Source: Fonticula alba ATCC 38817
Taxonomy: Eukaryota > Protista > Nucleariida
NCBI GenBank assembly: GCA_000388065.2
Contig: KB932206.1
Length of the DNA stretch: 42,285 nt
Reading direction: 5' to 3' (one strand)
In this document: positions 1-11,946 of the stretch, in pieces
Layout: each line of letters begins with the position of its first letter
How positions within the stretch are numbered: the stretch's first letter is position 1
The notes under the pieces: model-generated
The model's input: only the letters and a program-made list of their open reading frames with translations
The model's database searches: none
Told to the model about the DNA's origin: nothing
Position numbers and translations under genes: made by a program

Positions 1-1692
1 CCCCCCCCGCCTTGCGCCGCCCCCTTGCTTTTCTCCCCCACTTGCCCGAGGCGGATACGTGATCGTCTGTGTGTGTGTGTGTGCATGGGCATATACATAT
101 GCGTGTGGCTGTGGATGCACGCTCTCGTAGCCAGGTAAAGTAGTGGACCTCTTTTCTCTCTTAGCACCGCGAAAATGCCCCGCCTCGACGCATGCTCCCC
201 CAAGCACATATGCATGTGCGTGCGCACACGCCCATGCGCATCGCTGTCCCCCCTCCTCCTCTCCCCCCCCCCCCTCCCCGACATCCCCATTCAGCACACT
301 TCCTTAAATCTGGTAACAGGGTTGACATCTGCCCGGGCGCACTCCTCGGCTGGCCCTTCGCAGACGGGTGCGACTTTTTCGTCGTAGCACGCCCCCAACC
401 GCATGGCGCCAGACGGCCGTGCCCCTGTGGACCCCCCTCGCCCGGGGTCTTCCCTTGCTCTCTTCCCAGGGGGCCGGGGCGGATCCCAGGCACACACTCA
501 CCTCGTGCACCACAGGAGCCTCATTCTCGTGGGGGGGCACTTCCCCACGTGCCCAGGCCCTGGACGGTTGGGGCGACGTCCGAGCACACCCACACGCATG
601 CAAATTCCCGCACACATCACGCCTCCGTCCCCCGAGAAGCGCCCAGAGCAGGAGGGCGGGGCAGCTGCACCTACACGCAGGGGACCGCGATCGGGCGCCT
701 TGCACATACGGTCCACACGCGGATCGGCGAATGGGGGGCCTCCAGACGGTCGATTCCTGGTGGGAATCGAGTTTTTCGTTTCTCCACTGGGCCTTCGGCT
801 GTTGCAATACCCGTGCGCCGGTCTGCGGGGGATGTGCCCATCTTCGCGTGCTCCTGTGGCGTGCTGCCTCCCTGCTCGAAGGCCATCCTCAGGGGGGGAT
901 GGGTGAGCGTGTGTGTGTGCCCTTCTTTGCTGCGACCGTGCTCGGTACGCTGCCCCGATCGCACCCAAGGTCTGACCGGTTGCTGCCAGCATCCCTGGCA
1001 GCGGGATGAGTCCACTTCTGTGTTGGCCGCGCTCTCGCTCGGCGTCCGTTTCCCCTTCCCCTGCCCTCCGGTGTGGGGGTCCCGCAGGGGAGGGGGCTGC
1101 CGCCGTGTGGTGGAGGCCTGTGCCCTGTGTCCCGTTTCTGCGCAGGCGCTGAGTGCCCTCTCGCGCGCTCCCGCCCACTTCCCTTCACCGGGTTGAGGAC
1201 GGGGCCGCCAGTCGGGGAGCCCGCGTCCCGGGTGGCCACTTCCTCGCAGCCTCTAAATAGCTGTGGATTGTTACTGAACGAGTCAATTGTGTGCGAGAGC
1301 GAAAGCCCAGAGGCGGGTGTTATCCTTCGGCGTGGCCTTTCCCCATGGCTTCCTCGATCCCACCCGCCTCTATAGCCCCCATTTTCCCGCCCCCTCTCTT
1401 CCCTTCATTTTTAAAAATTGAATTATCCGACACCCCATTTTCCCGCGCCGGCAGGGGGCGCAAAGAAGGAGGGGTGACCGCGCTGCATCGAAATAGCATG
1501 CCCTCGCGCAGGGAGGCGGCAGGGCCCCATATGGGGGGGGGGGGGGAGTACGCCCGCAATTGGAAAAAACACCGAGGGAAGGAAAACACACAGGGGCCCC
1601 CCCCCTCCCCGGGCTCCGGACCAAATACAAGCTGATGTGTGTGTGTGTGTGTGTATGTGGGCACAGGGGATGTGTGCCCGCGAATGTGTGTC

Positions 1693-4030
1693 CTATACCA
1701 CGGCATCCAGCGAGACTGCCACAAATAGGGCCATCATCGCGGACAGAGTGCTGGCGAGAAGGCGCCCGATGCCGGCCAGGGCATCGCTCGCGCGGGCCGA
1801 GGCGTACCCGGTTGGCTCGGGCCCCGGGCGGCCCGGCCAGGCCCGGTCGACCGTGGCCAGCCAGCCACGCTTGCCGCGCAAGGACTGGAGCTGGGATCGG
1901 CCGCGCGAGGGGAGCGATGTCAACTGCGCCAGCACCCCGGCACATAGGAGGTGCACCGATGCATACGCGGCCAACACTTGGCGGACTGCTCGCAGCCCGA
2001 AGTGCAGAGTCACCCGGCAGGGCTGGTCTGGTGCGCGTGCACCCGCATGTGTACGTGTCAGAGCCTCCGTGTGGCGGTTTTCCTTCTTTTTTTTCCTTTC
2101 CACCGACGGCCTCGAGGATTCGACGGCCCGGGGACGGAGGGAGAGGCACCCACAGGCAATGGCGAATGTGGGCCATATGTGAAAGAATGAGACGCACCGA
2201 TGGCCGGCAAAAGACGCATGGCCAGGAGGACGATGCCAAGTGGCCAGCGCGCGATGAAGCGCCTCCAGCGGCCGTGCAGCAGCCCGGGGAAGTGCCCTCC
2301 CGGCTCTTCCCCGGCATCGTCGCTGTCGGCGGTCGCGCCGCCGCGGGTGACCGGGAACCCGGGCAACCCCTCGGCCAGGCCGCCCAGGCGCACAGCCTCT
2401 AAATGCTGCATGCTACGAGGGTCGGCCATGGGTAGGTTGAGAAAAAGGGCACATTGCTCCTCGGAGCAGGGCACAAAGTCGCGCAAGAAGCTGGGACAGG
2501 AGGTACCCCGGTTTGAGGGCCCATGTGCCGGGCATTCGGAGCACCGGTGTGCCTTGCTGGCAGCCAGGAAGTCACAGTCGCAGGGCGCCGCCCGGGGCCG
2601 GTGCCCTCCGGCCAGGGCATCCTCATCCTCCTCGAGCATCGGCTCGGACAATGCCAAGGGGTGATCCACCCGGGAGAGCATCATCAAGAAGGCGGCCACC
2701 ACGCGCAGGCGCTCCTGGCCGAAGGCAGACACGGCACCAGGCTGACTGAGGTCGACATGGGGCGAGTTGGCTGCATATGTGTGCCGGCGTGCGGCCACCA
2801 GGCGCCGGCGATCGCGGATGAGCAGACGCAAGAGACCTATTCCGACCGGTGGTTAGGGGTGCTCCACATCGTGCGCAAGGAGGCCCATGTGTGGGGGGGG
2901 GGGGGGGGGGGGGGGGGGGGCGACAGCGAGCAGCCCGGCCCGAGCCCAATGGCATGACGTACCCTCGATCGAGAGTGACACATCGTCCGACCAATGGTTA
3001 GATCCCGCGGTCCCGGTGACATCGGCTGGCCGCTGGAGCTGTGGCGGCCGGGCCACTACCCGATGCACCAGCGGCAAGTCGAGCAACAAGCCAAGTACCC
3101 GGGCAAGGAGAATCGATGCCATGGCCGCCAGCAGGGACCGATCGGCCGGAGGGGGATCTGCCTCGGCCGAACTGCCGGACCCATGGCCCAGCTTCGGCTG
3201 CCGCCGCGCCGGATGGTCCGCCCCTGGGAATGGTCCCTCGGCAGCAGCGGCAGCAGTAGCCGCGGAGAAGAAGCGCCCCCCAGGCCCGAAGCCCTCCTCG
3301 GCAGCCGCATGGACAGCGGCCGCGGCCGAGGACATTCCACCGGCCGCCGGCGCGAAGAAAGACGTGCCCATGGGCCCTGCCGCCGAGGAGCTCCGGCCGG
3401 CCACCTGTCCCTGCAGGGTCCGATCACGCAACAACACACGCACCGTGGCCAGAGTGCCGGACATCAGGGGATACAGGTCCGTGGCGCGACGGAACACCGC
3501 CGGCCGGGGGAACTGAAAGGACAGGAGGTCCGCCGCATCGGCCGCGCCGCCAATTGAGCCGCCCTCGGCCACGGCGTTGTACGCATGACTCAAGGCCTGG
3601 AAGGCGGCAGTGGCTTCGGGGTGCGAGCTGCCCCGGCAAAGCCCCGTCCGAAGGGGGGGGGGGGGGAAGGCGCCGCACAGGAGGCGGGTCAAGGGGAGGG
3701 AGATGGTTAAAAACCGGCCTGCTGTCGGCTGTCCCACCTACGGGCGGACCAGGGCAGAGGCGGACGGGAGGAGGGAAAAGCCCCCGGGCGGATGGTCAGC
3801 GGGGCGTGAGGCGGTGGGTACCACTTGTCCGGGTGGATGAGGCGCGACCGGCCAAGGAAGGCAAGCCGGACGGCGGCATCCGAGGGGGGCTGGTCCCACA
3901 AGAGCGGTGCCTCCAGGCCGAGGACTTGATATGGGCGGCCGGCACGCGAGTGTTCCAGCACCAACTCGATGATCTCATGCGCCGGGAGGGCATCTCTAGA
4001 GCCGAGGTCGGCTTCGTGGACGGCCGCCAT
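1693..4030 (-). CDS. J-domain (DnaJ/Hsp40 type III) protein, about 615 aa, 4 exons
   Basis: Exons 4030-3822, 3627-2963, 2836-2198, 2027-1693 (1848 nt, in frame, all GT-AG, ends TAG). Splicing rebuilds a J-domain: PYQVLGL...SDAAVRLAFLGRSRLIHPDKC/SHPEATAAFQALSHAYNAV, with the HPD motif. Hydrophobic C-terminus LLASTLSAMMALFVAVSLDAVV. Confidence 0.85.
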
Positions 4031-6807
4031 CTTGGGCGCCGTATTGTGGGCTCGGTGCCTGTGCACGTCTCCCTGTGAGATGCGCTTAGGAGGGGGGGGG
4101 CGGGGGGGAGGAGGGAAGAGGGAGCTGGCCAGGGGGGAGACAGGAAGATGGGGCAGTGGATGGGGAGAGGCGCGATGGGAGAGGGCTGACTGATGATCCT
4201 GTCAGGATCTGGCAGATACGTGGCCGATGAAGCAGGGACACGTGCGGCGTCAGCACACCAGCCTGGCAGGGCGGAGGAACAGGCGTCGACTCGGCCACCT
4301 TCCGTTCCGACGCGGTGGAAGCCGCGGCGACGGAGAAATGAGCAAGCTGATTTGGACACAACCAGGGCCAGGGAGGGGGCGATCATGCCTGGCACTTGGC
4401 TCCAGCCCCGGCTCGGGACACAACACAACGTGGTGCCAAGACAGAGCACCACGACTGGGGGGGCCCCAGGCGCCGTATCCTCGCTCGCTGGGGCTAGTCA
4501 CACAATGGCCTAGATCTCTGGCAGGCACGGGGAACAGAAGCAGGGGGGGGGGGGGGGCGGGGCAAGTGACAGATTGGATCCGCTCCGGCCGGGGTCAGGG
4601 AAGCGGCGAAATGGTCCCACGGGAAGGAGGGGGACAGGGGTGAAGCAAGCTTGGGCCACAAGAGCTTTCGGCGGTGGCCGTGCGGGGAGACCAAATTAAC
4701 AGCACGAGGAGAATGCACGGCCGGTTTCCCCCGAGCGAGGGTGCCCTCATCCAAGGCCGCCCGGGAGATGGCACTCGAGTCGCCGGCCCGTGGAGGCGGT
4801 GGAAAGGGCACCCCGGTCGGTGGCATCCCTTCGTCGGATCCGGCCCCAACGCGCGGGGAGAAGTGTGAAAAAGGGATCCCCAGTTCGCACACTGCGAGTC
4901 CGGCCCGCGCAGGCGAGTCCTCGCATGTGAAAGTTTCCGTCTCCGCACACGGCAGAGCCCCCGGGACTCGAGGGGGGAGGGGGGGGGGGGAGGTCCAAGG
5001 CGGGCGTGGAAAAGGGAGACCGCTGATCGCGTATCGACAGGCACGGCCGGGATTCGCTCCCCGGTTCTCGCCCTCTGCCAGCGAGAGGCCCGCGGTTGTG
5101 GCCTATTCGCCGTGTTCCGAGAGTCTCCAAACACAGGGGCCTGAGCATCCTCCACAAGAGGCGTATTTGTACGCACGTTCTCCGGGCCCCGGGGAAAAAA
5201 AGGGAGGAGGTCCGGTGAGAAATGGGCGCTCCTTTCCGGGCGCCCTCCCAAAGCCGGTCCTGGGGGCGTGTATGGCCCCCCTAGCTGCGAGCAACTCTTC
5301 GCCGCCCTTCCGGCCCCCCCCCCCCAGGGGATGGAACAGACAGCGGTGTCGATGTCCGGATGATGGGATATCGGTCCCTGGAGAAGAGGATGAGCTACGC
5401 GCGCAGGGGGGCGCGGTGCCGGGTTGTGGAAGGCATGCTCGGAAGAGGGAAGTACTACCGTGTGAATGCGGCCGGGCCAGGGGGGGGGGGCCGGAAAGCC
5501 ATCGGCAACGACGCCAGGACAAATGGAGGGCGGGAATCACTCCACCCCGGTGATCGGCGACCAGGCGCAGCTGATCCCAGCCTGCAGGAGCGTGGGCCTC
5601 CGATGCCGGGCTGACCCCGGCCCGGTGGATGCGCCGTGCCCATGATTCTTTTGTGAATGGTATTTGCCCGGGTGGCCGATATGAAAACCTTTACCAAGTT
5701 GGGGATACTTTGCAGTAGCCGGGCAGGATGATCTTCGCGACCTGCGAGTTGGATGTGTGCAGGGCGGTGAAATTGACGGCGGCAGAGGCACCAGCCTCGT
5801 CCAGGTTGGCGTGCCCTCTCCCGGCGCACCGATGCGAATGTGAGGGTAAGTTGCTGGAGTCTCACACTGGGGGTTCCCGGCAACGCCGCGCGCCTTGGGC
5901 CCCCTCCTAGGGGGGGTGGGGCGACCGAAGTGCGTCGTGCCTTGTTGCGTGCTCGCCGGGGCGTGCTGCCGAGCGTGGCATCTCATCCGTGCGCCATCTT
6001 GGGCGTACATCTGTGGGGGGAGGGGGGGCCGGCGCGAGGGACGACAACGGGAGTGCGCCCGTCCCGAGCTCAGCCGATCAACGCTCCCACCGAGCGGCGG
6101 TGGCACCGCAGAGTACACATGAGCCAATCAACCGAGAGAAGATGCTGGAGCATCATGCCCCCCCCTAGCCCCACTCCAGGAGGAGGGGGCGGGGCGGGGC
6201 GGGGCGGGGGGGGGGGGGGGNNNNNNNNNNGGGGGGGGGGGGGGGGCCGGCGCAGGGAAACGAGGCGCCACACCGTTTTCGGGACCTTTTCACAGACGAG
6301 CGCCCAGCCCCTGGTTCTCGGAGGGGGGGATGTCCTTGCGGATAGATAAAATCCGGATTATAATTGACGGGGATCCCTTGCTAACTCGGGTACAGCAAGT
6401 GCCCCGGACTTTGGGGCCGGGCCCTCTACCTCTCTCTCTCTCTCCCCGGAGCCGGGGTCCTCTCTCATTCCCGGTGTCTGCTCACGAGGGACAGGCAGAC
6501 ATGCCCCTCGGCACTTCGCCGGGCCCGCGTCTGGCCGGGCACCCCGCCTGACGGGGACAAGCGGCGCTCCCGGCTCCGGCAGTGGAGGGGGCCACAGGGG
6601 CAGGGTGACATAGTGTCGGATACGTGTCTTCGGCAGCAGAGTCTGCTGCCGGCCCGGGTGCACCTGGCCCTGCGTTCCCATGCAATCTCCAAACGCGTGT
6701 GTACCGGGATGGGCGTGCGCCCGCCCGCCCGCCCTCCCCCCCGGCGTTCTCCATCTGTCATGTCGGGTTTGTGCGGGCGGGCACGCGAGCGTCTGCCGGC
6801 CCGCCCT

Positions 6808-6843
6808 GGTGAGGGGGCCGGCCGGGGGCGGGGGGTGGAGGTG

Positions 6844-6878
<35 letters not shown>
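6808..6878. repeat. G-rich tract followed by a (CT)n microsatellite
   Basis: Visible ggggc runs, then (ct)n at about 6847-6878. Representative of dozens of (CT)n, (CA)n, (GT)n and poly-C/G tracts across the window. Confidence 0.85.
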
Positions 6879-6881
<3 letters not shown>

Positions 6882-8664
6882 CGTCGTTAGGCCACTTCGT
6901 CTCCCTTTCTTCCTCCGGATCCACCGCCGTGGCCCAGCGTGTTTCGGGGAAAATAGCAGCAACGCCACCCCGGGCGTTCAGCGAGGAGACTGCCCCGTTG
7001 TCTTCTGTGGCCGGAGCTGGCCCCGGCTGCGGGCATGATCTTGCCGACTGGGAATGCTCCTCGTGTGAGGTGGCTTTCCAGGTATTCCGGCCGTTGGCGT
7101 GCACCTTCGGCGACAGGCTTTGTAAACTCGCGGGCCCATCCGTCCGGTGGCGGTCATCGGCCTCGTCTCGCTCTGCGGGGAGTCATGATGTCACCATCCC
7201 TGGGGTTGTCATTAATGCTCTCGGCCCTCTTGGGGCCGGCGCACACGCACGAACCCTTCGACGCCGGCCCCGTGTAGGAAAGGGCACACGGCTCCGGGCT
7301 ACCGGCCGGGGAGGATTGTCCCCGCCTCTGCCCTGGTGCCGGGGGCAAAGGGGGGCCGACCGGCGCGGGGAGATATGCCTCATCAAAGTGCGCGTTCCCC
7401 TCCAGGCTCGCCCTAGGTGTCGGGTTCTAGTACCAAGGCTGGAGGACCGAGGGTTTGGCCTCGCTTTCGGTACGTAAAAAGTATGCGCCCGTTCTCATTC
7501 GAACATGTGTGTGTGTGTGTGTGTGTGTGTCTGGCCGTGGCTGTGGCGCCCGGAGATGGTGTGCCGGCGGCTAGGGTGTGTTCTGGGCGCCGGTGCCGAA
7601 GGAGGGGGGGGCTTGTTTCCGGAAGGATGCGAGGCCCTCCCCGCCCCCCCCCCCCGCCCCCCGGCCCCGGCCCCGGCCCCTAGCGTCTTGTGCGGCGGAG
7701 TCGCCGTGTCTGGGCGCCTTTTCCGGTAGAAAATTGACAAGCCCGGACTACCCGGCCACACTGGGAGGATGGTTGCCGGGGGGGGGGGGGGCGCGAGGGG
7801 CGGGGAGATTGGCAGAGGCCCAGGCGCGAACATGGTGCCGGCAACGCCCCTCCCTGGGCGCCTTTCGCGCCCTCCGGCCAGGGCTAGCCCCAGCAGGGGG
7901 AGAGAGAGAGAGAGGGGCCAGCGGGCTGGCTCCCCCTCCGGCGGAGGCTGTGAGATCCCTTCTGGAAAAGGTCGTTTTTTTCCCGTCCCCATGTTCCCTT
8001 CCCATTGTTCCCCAGAAGGGGGGAAGACGGACGAAGAGGCCGGCGAGGGGGAGGCCCGTAGGCCGGGCCGGGAGCTGGGCCCGGTCCCGGTCCCCCGGCG
8101 CGCCCTCCGCTGGCTCGCCGTGCGCCTCCCGCTCTTGCGGGGAGAGGCCGTTGCACGCTTTGGTGCCTCCCCCTAGTGGAGGTACGCGACGCCATATCAC
8201 CAACCTCCCCGGAGGGGTGTACTATATCCCACCACCCCCTGAAGCGTCTGCTCGCACCTGTACGTCACCTCCTACCACCCCGCCTTCTTCTGGCAACGTG
8301 CGGGCTCGCATCCTCCCCCTTTCTTTCTTTCTCTCTCTCCCTCCCTCCCCCCCCTCTCTCTCTCTCTCCCTCTCTCCCTCTCTCGCGGCATCGTGTGCCT
8401 GACGCGCCGTCCTCCCCCCTCTCCCTGTTGCGCACCGCACCATAGCGCTTCTCCTCCCTCTCCCACCTACCTCGCGCCTCCAACTTTTCCTGTCCGGCCC
8501 CCGCACGACAGCCCCGCCCGGACTGCTAGTCCCCGCTTTTCTATGTACGTCCCTGGCCCGACCTTCCGGTCCACACACCTTCTCCTCCCCTCTCCACCAT
8601 GGCCTCGTGTGACTCTCTAACGCGCACCCCTTCCTTGCCCATCTGCCCCCGTCCGGTTCCTAGA

Positions 8665-11250
8665 ATGAGCTCGAAGCGTTCTACAGGGGACACTTCTCTG
8701 AGCGGCAAGAAACAGCCCAACGTCGTGCGTCCCTATTCGCACCCATGTCTGGCCTCGTTCCCTCCCTCTCTCTCTCTCTCTCTTTCTCTCTTTCTCTCTT
8801 TCCCTCTTTCCCTCTTTCCCCCTCTTCTCCTCTCTCTGTCTCCTCTTCCTCCTCCTCTTCCTCCTCCTCTTCCTCCTCCCCCCCTCTTTCATCCCTACCA
8901 GTGTCTGATTCCTCTTCTTCGCCCCTCCTCCCGGACTGCCCCATCCAGGATGAGTACCTGCTGAACAAGCTCATGGGTCTCGGCTTCAAGCGCAAGAATG
9001 TCGTCCACGTCCTGCAGGCCTCGGACAACGAGTTCGATGAGGCCCTGAACATGCTTCTCGATGACCCGACTGCCAGCACCCCCACCAAGGAGTCTGCCCC
9101 GGCCCCGGCCCCGGCCCCCACCCGCCAGGCCGCCGTTCTGGTTCGTCCCCAGTGCTAGCACCTTCCTCTTGTTTCTCCATCCCCCCCCCCTCTCTCTCTC
9201 TCTCTCTCTCCCCTTCCCCCTCCACCTCTCTCCGGTCTGACATGCCTACCGCCCCTGTGCCCAATTGCCTACCCTCGCCTTGTCTTGGCATCGTACAGCG
9301 CATTGGCTCCAAGCCCCCGGCCGCCACGACTCCGGCCGCCCCGGCCAAGGCCGCCTCTCCAGCTGCCACCCCGGCCGCCTCGACGAAGGCCGCCTCCCCC
9401 GCTGCCCCCTCGGCTGCCGCCGCCCAGCAGCCGACCGGCTCTCAGCAGCAGGCCAAGACTCGTCCCGCTGCGGCCGGGCGCACTGCTGCTACCGCCTCCA
9501 CTGCTCCGGCCGCTGCCCAGTCTCAGCAGCCTGCCAGCGCCACCTCTGTCCTGCCCGCCACCGCCCGCTGGGGCGAGCAGGCCAAGGCCGCCGGTTCGTC
9601 CACCGCCTCCGAGACCGGGTCCTCCGCCCAGGAGAGCGCCGACACCTCCACCAAGGCCACCGGCGAGAAGACTTCCACCAAGGCTGCCGCCGCTTCCGCC
9701 GCCAAGGCCGGTCCTACTGTCGTGCGTGGCGCTCCATCCCCTCGCCGATGCTCCCCCTGCCCTCCTTCCGCCCCCGCCCCTGCCCCCCGGTCCATGCGCA
9801 CCACACACAGACACATGCAGGCTCTTCCGGATTCGGCTAACTCGGGCACCCCCTTCCCTCGCTCCCCCGCCCCCCCCCACCCCGCCCCCCACCCCTTCCT
9901 CCGTGTGCTTCCCATCGGCCACAGGCCGCTGCTGCTCCCCTGGCCGAGCCCGTGGACTTCACCTTCCCCGCTGGTTACAAGGCCGAGGCCCTGCTCGATG
10001 GCCACTGGCTGCCGGTTGTCGTCAGCGAGGCCACCGCCACCGGCTACAATGTGGTCTTCCTGGGCTACGAGCACGCGGCCACCGTTCCCTCGACGCACAT
10101 TCGCCCCCTGCAGCTGATCAAGGGCCCTTCCTTCGTGGTCAGCCAGCTGGTGGAGGCTTGCTTTACCCAGGACCAGACTTGGTATTCCGCCATCATCAAC
10201 GCGGTTCTCCCGAACAACCTTTACAGTGTCGTGTACGCCGAGTACGGCAACCAGGAGAACCTGCCGGCCGACCAGATCCGCACCATTTCTTCCTTCTCGC
10301 CCACTTTGTCGGCGGCTGATACCACCAAGCAGGCCGCCGCTGCCCCTGCCGTTGGTGCGTATATGGGCGCACATGCTCCTTGTTACTTCTTCTGCTCGGT
10401 CTTTCGCTCCTTCCTCTTTCGCGGCCTCCCGTGCCTTTGGGATTGCCCCTGCCCGCCGCCGCGCCTCCCCCTCCCCCCCCCGCTCCCCACTCTCACCACC
10501 TCACCGCTCCCTTCCTTTGCCCCCCCCCCGGCCAACGTAGTTTCTTCCACCTACGCTGTCCACGACACCGTTGAGGCTTGCTACACCGCCGATCAGAAGT
10601 GGTACCAGGCCACCATCGTCGCGGACCACGGCAACGGGACCTATCGTGTCATGTATGCCGGCTATCTGAACGAGGAGGACCTGCCCGAGTCGGAGATCCG
10701 CCCGATTTCCGGGGCCTCCGCCTCGCTCGGCATGCCGGCCGTCATCCCCGGGCAGCAGGCCCCCTCGGCCCCGGCGCAGCAGCAGCAGCACACCTACGCC
10801 GTCGGCGAGTATGTCGAGGCCCTTTTCTCTGACGACAACATCTGGTACCCGGCTCAGATTACCGACGTCTCGGGTGACTCGTACACCGTCCTCTACGTGA
10901 CTTACGGCAACAAGGAGGTCCGTCCGCCCAGCTGCTTGCGGCCGCTGCCGGCCTCCGCCGGTGATGCGGCGGCCGCCGCCCTTGCCGGCAGCATGATGCC
11001 CATGCCGGGCTTCACTGCCATGGTGGACCCCCCGATGTCGGTGGCCCAGACGACTGGCGGTGCTTCTCGCCAGCCCCAGTCTTCCAGCGAGGTCCACGTC
11101 AACCAGAATGTCCTTGCGTGCTACGTCGATGGCCACCTCTACCCGGCCGTCATCACCCATGTCCTTGAGAACGAGAAGGGTGTCACTGTGAACTACCTGG
11201 ATTACGCCGACAGCGGGGACCTTCCCCTCTCCGCCATCTACTTCATGTGA
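8665..11250 (+). CDS. UBA domain + five SMN-type Tudor domains, about 604 aa, 5 exons
   Basis: Exons 8665-8724, 8949-9140, 9299-9721, 9925-10354, 10541-11250 (1815 nt, in frame, GT-AG). UBA-like DEYLLNKLMGLGFKRKNVVHVLQASDNEFDEALNMLL (MGF-type loop LGF). Ala/Ser/Thr/Pro linker follows. Five Tudor repeats, e.g. VEACFTQDQTWYSAII...YSVVYAEYGNQENLP. Confidence 0.85.
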
Positions 11251-11946
11251 GGGGCGGATGGGAGTGTCTATGTGCGTGCGTGTACATATGCATGCACATG
11301 TGTGCAACGCGGGGACCACCACCGGTCCCGCGCCGTGCGCTGTGTGCCTGGCCATGCGTACGCCCGCGCCGACCCTCCCGCCTCCCTTTTCTCAGATGTG
11401 CGGCCGCGCATGCGCGCGCGCGCGTTGTGTCCTTGCGCGGGGAGAGCGGGCGAACGGCTTCTCCCTCTCCCTCCTGCCTTGTCGCTCCTCCCTCCCGCAC
11501 CCCTCTGGCGCGCGCGCGCGCGCGCGCAAAGAGGTCACCCCCTTTCAATACCATTTCTCAGTCTCCAGCTCCGCTTCTGTGTTTTGTGTGTCTCTTTCGC
11601 CACCCCCCCCCCCTGCCCCATGCACTATCGGAGACCAGGCAGCCTTCCCCGTGCTTCCTTCCCTGGCTCCCGGTAGTTTGCTTGGGCTCGCTTCGTTTTT
11701 TCTCCTTTTTTTTCTCCCCTTCTTCGGATTGAAAAAGGAGAGGGCGAAGGCACCTACGCCGTTGGTGCCGTCCTTTATTTTTGACAAAGAGTGGCGTGTG
11801 TGTGGGGGGGGGGGAGAGAGAGAATGCGTGTGATGTTTCTTCAAAGACATCTCTCCCTCGGCACCGCCCTTCTCCTTGCCCTTCCTGCTTCTTTCACAGG
11901 GCACGGCTTGTCTTTGCGCGGCCGCCTTTTTTTTTTTGCCCACCGC

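Noticed and set aside
1-1200. Several overlapping long ORFs on both strands, with plausible splice sites (possible end of a neighbouring gene)
   Set aside because: Competing plus- and minus-strand models could both be drawn. Neither gave a recognisable protein or a unique in-frame exon chain.
6929-7477. WECSSC in a plus ORF resembling the start of a RanBP2 zinc finger
   Set aside because: It lacks the conserved Asn and the second CxxC.
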